Origin: Myxococcota bacterium
GTDB taxonomy: Bacteria > Myxococcota > XYA12-FULL-58-9 > JABJBS01
Direction: 5' to 3'
DNA: 64,000 nucleotides
NCBI GenBank assembly: GCA_036339465.1
Contig: JAYZAY010000011.1
Span: 64,001-128,000, forward strand
Every line of letters begins with the position of its first letter. Position 1 is the stretch's first letter. Below are positions 30,536 to 39,652 of the stretch, in pieces. Position numbers and translations under genes: made by a program. The notes beneath the pieces are model-generated. The model was not told where the DNA came from, did not search any database, and was given only the letters and a program-made list of their open reading frames with translations.

Positions 30536-31968
30536 GATTCACCTCCGAAACAATCGATGTTGCTAAAGAGACAGCTAGGCGAGGCATGTCCCACTCTGAT
30601 GACTTGATTGGGTTCTCCCTTACCACAGTTTGGGGTCCCAAGGGTCCTTGCTGTAGATGCACTGCCAACGGCCTTAAGGTTACGCCAGAATGTAGCCGAA
30701 ATTCCTCGGTAACCCGGCGTTTTGACGACTTGTCCCAGCTCACCATTATTGATGAGTCGCCCGTATTCACAGCCGAATTGGAATTTATTTCGAGAATCGT
30801 CGATTGACCATGAGCTGTTGGTTTGCATGAGAATGCCCTGTTCAGTTTTTCGAATCATTTCGTCGAAGCTACTGTCACCGGGTTCTAGGTTGAGATTCGC
30901 CATTCGGTCGATAGCAGGTCGGTTCCAGCTGCACGCCCGTGTGGTAGAGGTGCCAGCGATATTGGCTCTTCTCTGAGAGGTTTTCCCGCCCAAAGGAGCC
31001 TTCAATATGCCATTTTCAATAATGAGAATCTTTTCTGCTTTTGTTCCCTCATCGTCGAAAGCGTAGCTGGCCAGTTCTCGGTTCTTGTGTGGGTCAAAGC
31101 TGATATTGAGCAACTCGGAACCGTATTGATACGAGCCAAACATATCAAGGTCGACAAAACTTGTGCCTGCATAATTGCGCTCATCGCCCAAAATGCGGTC
31201 TAGTTCGAGCGGATGTCCGATGGATTCGTGGATTTGTAGCATCATCTGGTCAGGCATAAGTAAAAGGTCGTGTTTTCCCGATGGGCATTGTGGTGCCGCT
31301 AGAAGTTCTAGAGCCTCCTCTGCGAGACCTAAACCGAGCGTCCGGAATTGCATTTTTTCGAGAACGTCGAGCCCGCCTTGTTGGCAGTGATCTACAAAGG
31401 TCCGGCGTTGAGATTTTTGGCCATCATTGGCAACGACACCAAGAGAAGGGAGGATAAAGTTAAAGCTTTGCTCGACTCTACCACCATGGGAAGTCAGAAA
31501 TAGTTGATGGGTTTTGATTTCGGTAATTTTGGCAAACCAGTCTACTATCTTGATGTCGAGGCTTAATTGAGAGGAGGCCTCTTGGAGGTACTCTAATTTG
31601 TTGACGAATGTTAGGTCGCTCCAGGATTTTTCTATGGGGGTTTGGTACTGCCCCATTGGGGCTCGTTGCACGGGTTCGGTGAGTCCCCCTAATGAGTTTT
31701 CAGCGGTAGCGAGAGCCCAGGTTTTCGCTTGGGTGATCGCTTTTTCGATTCCGAATTTACTTAAGTTACTCGTTGCAGCGTACCCCACTCCCCCCTGATG
31801 TTCTACGGTGATCATCAGGCCTTCATTGAGGTGCATGGGCGCCGATTCAAATTTTCCCTCTCGGATGGATAGTGATTCAGTCTCTTCTCGGATGTAGCGG
31901 AGAGAGATAGCATCTGCTTGATTGGTAAGGCTCCTAAATATGTCTTCGATTGTATGACCCATGAACAC
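30532..31968 (-). CDS. tldD: TldD-family metalloprotease
   Basis: HESIGHPLELD (HExxGH), FDDEG, DRMANL, CGKGEP. Confidence 0.9.
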   Translation of the reverse strand: MFMGHTIEDIFRSLTNQADAISLRYIREETESLSIREGKFESAPMHLNEGLMITVEHQGGVGYAATSNLSKFGIEKAITQAKTWALATAENSLGGLTEPVQRAPMGQYQTPIEKSWSDLTFVNKLEYLQEASSQLSLDIKIVDWFAKITEIKTHQLFLTSHGGRVEQSFNFILPSLGVVANDGQKSQRRTFVDHCQQGGLDVLEKMQFRTLGLGLAEEALELLAAPQCPSGKHDLLLMPDQMMLQIHESIGHPLELDRILGDERNYAGTSFVDLDMFGSYQYGSELLNISFDPHKNRELASYAFDDEGTKAEKILIIENGILKAPLGGKTSQRRANIAGTSTTRACSWNRPAIDRMANLNLEPGDSSFDEMIRKTEQGILMQTNSSWSIDDSRNKFQFGCEYGRLINNGELGQVVKTPGYRGISATFWRNLKAVGSASTARTLGTPNCGKGEPNQVIRVGHASPSCLFSNIDCFGGES

Positions 31969-32062
31969 CTTCTACTACAACTGCCGAACCGAACGGTGAT
32001 TGAGAAGAGGGGATCTAGCTCTTATGGAATGAATCAACAAGGGCTTTTCGTTTTACCTTGGT

Positions 32063-33826
32063 TTAGTAATCGACACCTAGAAAAAGTGTGCATCCCAAGG
32101 ATACATCGGAGAGTGAAACTTTCGATTTGAAAGAGACGGCCTGTCGTCCTTCCGGAATCTTGGTGGGGTCATAAGTGCCATAGGCTCCGTAGTGTTCGAA
32201 TTCTGTTTCAACCTTCACAAAGAGTGAAGCCATGTTGAGTTTGATTCCTCCTGCAACGACGTAGGCGAAATGTCCGCTAAGACCTTCCTCCAGAAAGACT
32301 TCGAGTTTTGGATTGGCACCGAAGGCGGCCATGAACTGTCCGTAGGCCGCGATGCTGTCGAAAAAAGGTATGCTAAAATCAAAAGGGTGATTGTATCTAA
32401 GTGAAACAAACGGGAGATTATATTCTATGTTGGGAAAGGCTTGGATGGTTGCACCAAAATTTCCATTCGCAGGGAAAGTGTAATAACGATAGCCTAGTCT
32501 TAGATTCAGATCTGACGCATTTTTCCTATCGAAAAGTACCCACCGAATATTCATTGCTAGGTCTGCGATATAGGGACTCGAATCACTCCTGAGCTCAAAC
32601 AAACCTCTGTTGGAAACGGAAGACCATTTTAGTCCAAAGTGAAATCCGATTAGGTGAGTCCACCAGGGCGTCATACCAAATTGAGCGAAGGGAAATGCGT
32701 CGATAGATAGCCCCACTCCCGGGAAGAAGAGTCCGCCGGAGCTGTATCTTAATTCTCCGTCATCTGATTTACAGCAAAGCGTAGCACTTCGACTTCTACC
32801 AGTTAGAGCGAGGGCTATCGAAAAATTGGGTCGTTTTCTCGCATCGAGATTGTAAACACCTTTTGGAGGAGCACTTTCGTCGGTGTCTATAGCCACGATC
32901 TCTGTGGCCGTTGCAGTCTCTTGAGTCGCAGCGGTAGCATCAGCGTGTTCAATCTCCGCATCCTTAGGGGGGGCAGATGTGGTGGCACTTTCGTCGGTGT
33001 CTATCGGCTGGGTCTCTGCTGCCGTTGCAGAATCTTGAGTCGCAGTGTCAGCGTCAGCGTGTTCAGTCTGCGCATCCTTAGGGGGGGCAGATGTGGTGGC
33101 GGCTTTGTCGGCGAGTGGTGCAATTTCCATGTCCACTGTCGTTTCCGGGTTTCGGGGCTCTGTTTCTCCTTTTGCGACAGGACTACCTGCGTCTGTTGCA
33201 GAAGGAGAGGAGGTCGCTGTTGTTGTTGGACCAGCGAGCGGGATCGCTACAAGAGGGGCTGGTGACCCATTAGGCTTTTCGGATGTTTCGGTTGTCGTAG
33301 AGCTTGCAGCAGGGGAGGCTGCGGCGATTTTCGGGGCTTCTTTGGATTGTTCTGCTTTTGTGAGGACCCCTATTATGCTTTTGACCAATTGATTTCCGAG
33401 TGTGGAATTTAATTTCTTTTTAAAGTCGACCTTTTGAGTGTGGATTGCTGCGGAAGTTGGGAGTTTGTAGACAGAGACAGCTATACTTCTGCTGCCGATC
33501 TCTGTTGTGACGGCATAGCTGAAATTCAGCTTCTCTCCTATTTTGACAAGTTCATCCATACCGTTGAGCGTTGAAAGGGAGATGTTTTGAGACTTGGCCT
33601 CTTTTCGGATGTCCTTGAAGGGAATCACCGAGTAGTTTTTGGCCAGCGGAAATACGATTCGCTGCATCATGATGGGTGTCATTCTAACACTTGAACCTTT
33701 GGCTACAGGAACGATGGCGATGGAAACACTTTCCGCATTTGCGAACGAGGGGGAAAATATCATTCCCAAGAGTAAGCAGGTGATGAGTCGTTGACTTAGG
33801 TGGTACTTTGGAGACGAGATTTGCAT
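32063..33826 (-). CDS. Secreted/outer-membrane protein: N-terminal domain, acidic repeat linker, probable C-terminal beta-barrel
   Basis: Signal peptide (FANA-ES), Thr/Ala/Asp-rich linker, amphipathic beta-strand pattern, aromatic terminal residue (LGVDY). Confidence 0.6.
   Translation of the reverse strand: MQISSPKYHLSQRLITCLLLGMIFSPSFANAESVSIAIVPVAKGSSVRMTPIMMQRIVFPLAKNYSVIPFKDIRKEAKSQNISLSTLNGMDELVKIGEKLNFSYAVTTEIGSRSIAVSVYKLPTSAAIHTQKVDFKKKLNSTLGNQLVKSIIGVLTKAEQSKEAPKIAAASPAASSTTTETSEKPNGSPAPLVAIPLAGPTTTATSSPSATDAGSPVAKGETEPRNPETTVDMEIAPLADKAATTSAPPKDAQTEHADADTATQDSATAAETQPIDTDESATTSAPPKDAEIEHADATAATQETATATEIVAIDTDESAPPKGVYNLDARKRPNFSIALALTGRSRSATLCCKSDDGELRYSSGGLFFPGVGLSIDAFPFAQFGMTPWWTHLIGFHFGLKWSSVSNRGLFELRSDSSPYIADLAMNIRWVLFDRKNASDLNLRLGYRYYTFPANGNFGATIQAFPNIEYNLPFVSLRYNHPFDFSIPFFDSIAAYGQFMAAFGANPKLEVFLEEGLSGHFAYVVAGGIKLNMASLFVKVETEFEHYGAYGTYDPTKIPEGRQAVSFKSKVSLSDVSLGCTLFLGVDY
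32871..33100. repeat. Two diverged tandem copies of a 114-bp (38-aa) coding repeat
   Basis: GCACTTTCGTCGGTGTCTAT at 32871 and 32985; peptide ATTSAPPKDA..EHADA...IDTDES twice. Confidence 0.9.
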
Positions 33827-34006
33827 GATATCACCTTCCGGGAAATCGTTCCCATATCCTATTTATAGCGAGCAACCCCAAGCGTGTGCAAATGCCAAAG
33901 GAGCAATTTTGTGGATTTCAAAGGTCCATCGATTTCGGTTTGTGTTAGAGGTAAAGGGGAGATACAATACCGGGGGGGGGTGGCCCGGGTCTACAGGGGA
34001 GATGTT

Positions 34007-34402
34007 TTGAAAACATTAGTGGTCGAGGATGACTCTACGACAGCCACGGTGATGGCCGAATTGTTGGGGTTTTACGGAGCGGTATCAGTGGTGAAGTCAG
34101 GAGGGGCGGCGCTTGACCTTTTTCGACGTGCTTTCGAAAGTGGTGAGGCCTTCGATTTGGTTTGTTTGGACATCATGTTGCCAGATATGAGTGGCCAGAG
34201 CGTATTGAAGGTTCTGAGGGAGCATGAGGCCTCTATAGGATGTAAGGACAATGAGGTGGTTAGGATTGTGATGACGAGTTCTCGCACAGATCCCCCAGCA
34301 ATTTTAGGGGCTTTTCGGGAGCAATGTGATGACTACCTTGTGAAACCGACCACTCAGGCCAAACTTCATCAGATGATTAAGAAACAGGGCTTGGTTCCAT
34401 GA
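34007..34402 (+). CDS. Single-domain response regulator (receiver only)
   Basis: LVVEDD, DLVCLDIMLP (phospho-Asp), YLVKP. The TTG start is inferred from a GGGGAGA SD. Confidence 0.88.
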   Translation: MKTLVVEDDSTTATVMAELLGFYGAVSVVKSGGAALDLFRRAFESGEAFDLVCLDIMLPDMSGQSVLKVLREHEASIGCKDNEVVRIVMTSSRTDPPAILGAFREQCDDYLVKPTTQAKLHQMIKKQGLVP

Positions 34403-34445
34403 ATATTAGCCGTAAAGCTCTTGTCATCAGTCGGAGTTTTAGGGG

Positions 34446-36743
34446 CTAGAAGTTGATATTATCCATGATTTTACTCGGGATTGTTGCCTGAATGTTCAGG
34501 GATTTACGTTCGTAGAGGGCGCTATAAATCGCGAGATTTTCAAGCACTTTTTTTACGTAATGTCGGGTTTCACGGTAGGGGATTTCTTCGATAAATTCGT
34601 CTGTCTCCATGCCTATTCGGTTGTTTGCCCACTCCTCAACTGCCACAGGCCCGGCGTTATACGCACTGATCGCCAGAGCAATATTTCCCTGAAATTTCTT
34701 GAGAAGCTCAGAGAGGTACCATGCTCCGAAGCGAATATTGACGGTAGGTTGTTGTAAAGTACCGGAATTAAAATCTTTTAATTTGAGTCTCTTAGAAATC
34801 TCTGATCCCGTTCTCGGGATTAATTGCATCAGCCCTTGAGCGCTCGCCCAGGATTGTGCTTGTGGCTTGAAGGCACTTTCTTGTCTCATGATGGAGAGAA
34901 TTAGCCAGGAGTCGATGGAGAATTCCTCAGCCACGTGAGAAACGGTCTTTGCATAGGCCAATGGGTATGAAAGTTGGTAATAGATCTCGTTGTTACTTCG
35001 TATGTCCTGAGACAACTGCTCTTTAAAATATAGAGCGACTAAGCGATGCGCGCGATTGTAAGCGCCCAAAGCTTGGTAGAGCAATAACCTAGACAAGCGA
35101 ACTTGATCACTACTGATATTAGAAATCGGTGGAAGGAGATCAACCATATGGACGGCCTCCTGTGGGTAGTTGAAACGAACGAGTTGTCGAATAGTGGTTC
35201 CGATTTTATCTGTCCAGTTAAAGAGGCTACCACCGTTGGGCTGTAGGCTTTTGAGTGTTTTTGAGTGTCCGTTTTTTTGCAGTCCCACGTGCCCGACGGC
35301 TTCTTTAAATTTGTTCCGAGTTTTACTGGTTGGATTGGAGGTTGTGACATCACTGTCCAGGGCGGCAAGGGTGATCGGCCCGCCAAAGTGGCTGGTGGTG
35401 GTCATGGGAGTGTCGAATTCACTGAGTCGTTGCCGGGCCAGGAAGCCGTAGTAGCGACTAGGTTTTTCTTCGATTACCTTCTGAAATGCGACTTTCGCTT
35501 TGTCTGATTGGCCTAATTTTGTGAAAAGTCGGCCTTGCCAGTAATGAACCCTAGGGAGCAACGAACTTTTTGGAAAACGACGTTCAAAGTCTTCGAGCAA
35601 GGTTTTAGCTTCTTTTAGTTCGCCATTTTTATATGAATTCCAGGCTTGAAACCATCTTGCATCTACGGTGTTGTGGTGTCGACCGAATTTGTTCAAATAC
35701 GAAGTGAAGAGTTGGCTGGCGCGTTCTCCGGCCGAGCTATGACTGGCAAGCCATGCGGCCATATACAGTGCTTGGCGTCCTTGTTTTTGGGCGCCAAATC
35801 GTTCGTGGGCTTTAAGATAGGAATCCACGGCTTTCGATTTGTCACCTAAGCGATACTGAGCACGGGCCTTCCATTGTAGGTATTTGTACCAATCGCCACT
35901 AGATTGGGCACTTTCCGAAAGTTGCATGAAGCCATTTTTTGCTTTTTCGAAACGACCCTGCCGAAAGTCTAGAATGCTGGTTAGGAATACATATTTTTCC
36001 CGATGACTATCGTCTTCTACTAGAGTTAATTTGGCCTTCTCAAGAGTTTCCTTAGCCAGGGTCAAAGATCGTCTTTTTAGCAGTTTTTCTGCCCGTTCAA
36101 GCCATGTTTGGGTTGGAATATCGGCGATTCGTTTTTCTATTGCGAGTTGGTTGAGTCTTGAAAGTGCTTCATTGCTGAGGGGGTGGGTTGGGTTACCGGT
36201 TACAAAAAACTGATAAATTGCCGCGGCCTTCTCAAAGTCTCCCGTTTTTTCGAGGAGTATAGCCAAAGTGATTCGAGCATAATTGGATGCATCGTGATGC
36301 GGGTATCTTTCAAGGGCGATTTCGTAGCCCCGAATGGCATCTTCAGTTCTACCATTTGCGTAATAGCTATCAGCGATGGAAAAATAGGCTCTTCCAACGG
36401 ATTCTTCAGGGGTGTTTCCCTCTATGAGCTCGCGCCATATGCTCGTGGCTTTTTCCCAATCACCTATATTTCTATACCCATATGCACGTAGGCTTAATAT
36501 GTGATGTTTAACTGGGGGCAGTTGTTCTTCCAAACCTTCCAAATACCGAAGCCCACTTTTGTAAAATCCTCTTTCCATGGCGGTTCGGCCGGCGAGGAAC
36601 CTGGCTTCCTGAGCGATAATCTCTTCGCCGCGCGTGGCTATCATCGCATCGTAAGAGATGGCCTGGTATGGCGTAAATGGTGTGGTGGCATTGCCAGTTA
36701 ATGGGAATAAGAAGAAAATAATCAGGGCGATTTGAGGGTACAT
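34446..36743 (-). CDS. Soluble lytic murein transglycosylase (Slt70-like) with TPR repeats
   Basis: IMRQESAF, AQGLMQLIP, AYNAGP, FIEEIPYRETRHYVKKV. Start uncertain. Confidence 0.9.
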   Translation of the reverse strand: MYPQIALIIFFLFPLTGNATTPFTPYQAISYDAMIATRGEEIIAQEARFLAGRTAMERGFYKSGLRYLEGLEEQLPPVKHHILSLRAYGYRNIGDWEKATSIWRELIEGNTPEESVGRAYFSIADSYYANGRTEDAIRGYEIALERYPHHDASNYARITLAILLEKTGDFEKAAAIYQFFVTGNPTHPLSNEALSRLNQLAIEKRIADIPTQTWLERAEKLLKRRSLTLAKETLEKAKLTLVEDDSHREKYVFLTSILDFRQGRFEKAKNGFMQLSESAQSSGDWYKYLQWKARAQYRLGDKSKAVDSYLKAHERFGAQKQGRQALYMAAWLASHSSAGERASQLFTSYLNKFGRHHNTVDARWFQAWNSYKNGELKEAKTLLEDFERRFPKSSLLPRVHYWQGRLFTKLGQSDKAKVAFQKVIEEKPSRYYGFLARQRLSEFDTPMTTTSHFGGPITLAALDSDVTTSNPTSKTRNKFKEAVGHVGLQKNGHSKTLKSLQPNGGSLFNWTDKIGTTIRQLVRFNYPQEAVHMVDLLPPISNISSDQVRLSRLLLYQALGAYNRAHRLVALYFKEQLSQDIRSNNEIYYQLSYPLAYAKTVSHVAEEFSIDSWLILSIMRQESAFKPQAQSWASAQGLMQLIPRTGSEISKRLKLKDFNSGTLQQPTVNIRFGAWYLSELLKKFQGNIALAISAYNAGPVAVEEWANNRIGMETDEFIEEIPYRETRHYVKKVLENLAIYSALYERKSLNIQATIPSKIMDNINF

Positions 36744-36911
36744 TGGTCGCGAAAGTTTTCCCGGTTTTTGTGGATACTTGGTAAAGTCCATGGATTCGAG
36801 TTTAGTGTTGTCCCAGAGCCCTTGCAAAGTTTTATCTCCCTGAAATTAAACAACCAGATCTTCTTAGAGTTGAATAGATGGGGCTTGACTCGTAATGAAC
36901 ACATCAAACGT

Positions 36912-39290
36912 ATGCCCCTGCTCATTCTGAGTATTGTCTATGCCGGAGGGATACTTTATGAGGATTCGCTTGGATTTCATCCAGCTCTCCTAACCATTCT
37001 AATCGTTGGGAGTCCAGTATGTCTAATACGATCTCTCAGGCGATCGACCCGAGAAAGTATTCTAACTCTATTGATCTGGTTTTTTGTCCTGGGGGCGGCC
37101 AATTACCTCTCTCAAACGGAGCATGCCAGTCAAAATCAGGTACGATCAGGTTCTGGTACCTTTCATATCACCATCGAGGAGAACTCGCTCCCGTTGCCTC
37201 AACACGAACATGGTGGACATAGAGTCCGCACCAAAGTGTCTGCTTACGTTATTGAAGAAGATGAATCTTTTTGGGGCAAGCGTGCGTTACCACTATGTCT
37301 CTACCATAGGGGGTTGATGAGTTTGGTTAAGGGCCAGCAATATTTGGGAAATCTAACGATTAAATCTTGGCGTCCCAAGTTGAATCCTTGGGAGATTATG
37401 CCCGAAGAGAGAACACGTCGACAAGGTTGTGTGGCTAACGCCAGAAGTAAAGGATCGCTCGTATTGATGGAAAACGCGGGTTTTGGGGCGCAATGGTGGC
37501 AGGCTAAGCGAAGTAACTTTGCGAGGTTTCTTGATCGGAGAATTGAGTCGAGTGAGGTTGGCGCCTTGGCTAGAGCTCTTTTACTAGGAGACCGAAGTCT
37601 TCTATCAGGAGTGGACAGAAGACCCTGGAATCGTGCGGGTTTGGGGCATCTATTGGCCATAAGCGGACTTCATATTGCGATATTATTTAGTCTCTTTTTT
37701 CTTTCTTTTTTGGCCATACTCAGTGCCATTCCTACTCTCTTTGAGCGCTTAAATTCTACAGTGATTTCTTCACTTTTTGCCCTTTTGGTAAGTTTAATTT
37801 TCGCTGAATGGGTGGGTATGGGCGTTTCGGTTTACCGTGCCGCGGGTATGCTGACGATTGCTGTTCTTGGTCGATTGTGGGGACACGAATATCGAGCATT
37901 GAATTCACTTGGCGGTATTGCTCTTGCGGCAATGGCACTGAATCCTCTTTGGGTTTTTTCGGTAGGCTTTCAACTTTCGTTTATGGCGACAGTCGCTATT
38001 TTATTGATACCGGTTCCGATAACGAAAGGTATGTCAGTTTGGGTTTTACAGAGTGTGCGTCTCACAATGGTTACAACCGTGGTGACATTGCCCATTGTTG
38101 TGAATGCATTTGGCGAGGTACCACTTTTGGGTTTCGTCTTTAATCTGTTTTTTGTGCCCCTGGTCGGATTCGTTATTCTCCCTTCAGGTATCTTATTGTT
38201 GTTTCTTTGGAGTTTGGGAATCGATGCTCCTATCCTGTGGGATCTTTGGAATAATGTTTTTTTTCAATTGCGAATGATTCTCGTTATGTTGGCTGATCAC
38301 TCTCTTTTTGTCCTATTCTGGTCCAATATTTCATGGTTTTTTCTTGTGTCCTATTATGGGGGAGCATGGGGATTGCTTTTGGCGTGGTCAGGCAAATGGA
38401 TGTCTGAACGAACTTATTGGTTGATGATGGGTGCTCTTTTAATGGCTCTTTTTGGCGTTACTGTGGAAATGTCGCGGGAGAGAGAGTTTAATCTCTTTCA
38501 ACCCTATATAGGGCAAGGTTCAGCGACTCTTTTAGGTTTAAGTGGAGGCAAGACGGTTTTGATTGATGCTGGTCCGAGCGGTTTTGATGGTTATGGTGCT
38601 CCCATTTGGCCAGCCCTTAGGTGGTATTTGGGCAAGGAAGCTGCCAGCAAGGTTCATGTTGCACTGCTGACACATGCGGATGCTGATCATATTGGCGGAT
38701 TCTTTGAGCTGATCGACCAGGTAGAAATTAAGCGTTTCTATATCCATGTGCTTCACAAGCGCCGAAAAAATGTTGGTGTTCTTCTACAAAAGCTTCGGGG
38801 AAAGGGAGTTGAGGTCTATTGGTTGGAGGGTACCCAGGGGAAGATAGAGGTTGATGATGAGACCTATATCCGTTTTTTCAGCATCGGTGAGGAAGTGCAC
38901 ACCACTTCGAAAAAGCGAACGAGATACAATGATCATTCTACAGTATTCCTTTTGCACAATCGGAATAAAAGAGTTCTTTTTGCGGGTGATATTCATGCTT
39001 GGGGTGAATCAAAACTACTAAATCAACTTGAGGAAGTGGATATTCTCATGGTCCCTCATCATGGAAGTCGAACCTCTACCACTGCGGCGTTGTTGGCCGT
39101 ATTGAGACCCAAAATCGCGATTATTTCTTGTGGCTACAAGAATCGATTTGGGTTCCCCCATCAACCGGTATTAAATCGGCTCGATTTGATAAAAGCGAAG
39201 ATTCTTAGGACAGACCGACATGGGGCCATCATGCTAACGGATTCTAAGGTGGAATGGGTTGGTGATTTCGTTTTTGGAGCGGCTCGTTAG
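36912..39290 (+). CDS. comEC: DNA uptake channel ComEC/Rec2
   Basis: HLLAISGLHI, SVGFQLSF, metallo-beta-lactamase THADADHIGG, PHHGS, NRFGFPH. Start uncertain. Confidence 0.9.
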   Translation: MPLLILSIVYAGGILYEDSLGFHPALLTILIVGSPVCLIRSLRRSTRESILTLLIWFFVLGAANYLSQTEHASQNQVRSGSGTFHITIEENSLPLPQHEHGGHRVRTKVSAYVIEEDESFWGKRALPLCLYHRGLMSLVKGQQYLGNLTIKSWRPKLNPWEIMPEERTRRQGCVANARSKGSLVLMENAGFGAQWWQAKRSNFARFLDRRIESSEVGALARALLLGDRSLLSGVDRRPWNRAGLGHLLAISGLHIAILFSLFFLSFLAILSAIPTLFERLNSTVISSLFALLVSLIFAEWVGMGVSVYRAAGMLTIAVLGRLWGHEYRALNSLGGIALAAMALNPLWVFSVGFQLSFMATVAILLIPVPITKGMSVWVLQSVRLTMVTTVVTLPIVVNAFGEVPLLGFVFNLFFVPLVGFVILPSGILLLFLWSLGIDAPILWDLWNNVFFQLRMILVMLADHSLFVLFWSNISWFFLVSYYGGAWGLLLAWSGKWMSERTYWLMMGALLMALFGVTVEMSREREFNLFQPYIGQGSATLLGLSGGKTVLIDAGPSGFDGYGAPIWPALRWYLGKEAASKVHVALLTHADADHIGGFFELIDQVEIKRFYIHVLHKRRKNVGVLLQKLRGKGVEVYWLEGTQGKIEVDDETYIRFFSIGEEVHTTSKKRTRYNDHSTVFLLHNRNKRVLFAGDIHAWGESKLLNQLEEVDILMVPHHGSRTSTTAALLAVLRPKIAIISCGYKNRFGFPHQPVLNRLDLIKAKILRTDRHGAIMLTDSKVEWVGDFVFGAAR

Positions 39291-39550
39291 CCTATTTCGT
39301 AACCGTCTTCATTCAAAAGTCCTTGGGCCTGTGCTTCATGAATAATTTCTCTGACTTTCTCAATTTGGTTGTCGCCAACTGCGATTTTGTAGAACTCATC
39401 GGTTCCCATTGGGGTGGGAAAGGGCGAAAGGCTTCGGTCCCGAACGATGGGTCGGACTCCGTTATCTTCCAAGACCCCCACCAGCCAATCGAGTTCGATT
39501 GGATTGTATACGCAGAATACATCGATATAATCTTCTTTGGTATGATCCAT
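39287..39550 (-). CDS. Small DUF2007-like putative signal-transducing protein
   Basis: NPIE...LEDNGV pattern, 87 aa, GGAGG SD. Confidence 0.6.
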   Translation of the reverse strand: MDHTKEDYIDVFCVYNPIELDWLVGVLEDNGVRPIVRDRSLSPFPTPMGTDEFYKIAVGDNQIEKVREIIHEAQAQGLLNEDGYEIG

Positions 39551-39652
39551 AGCTACCTCCCAATCTTTGATTCTGTTATGCCGTGGCCAAATTTGTCAAT
39601 GTAATCAAATTAGGGATGACCGCTTACTTGGGGGCTTGGGTAGGTTTTAGCT

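Noticed and set aside
29201..31968. TldD/TldE as part of a RiPP cluster
   Set aside because: No precursor peptide, YcaO or other modifying enzyme is adjacent; standalone pairs are common.
32871..33100. Possible CRISPR array
   Set aside because: Only two 114-bp in-frame coding copies, with no unique spacers and no cas genes.
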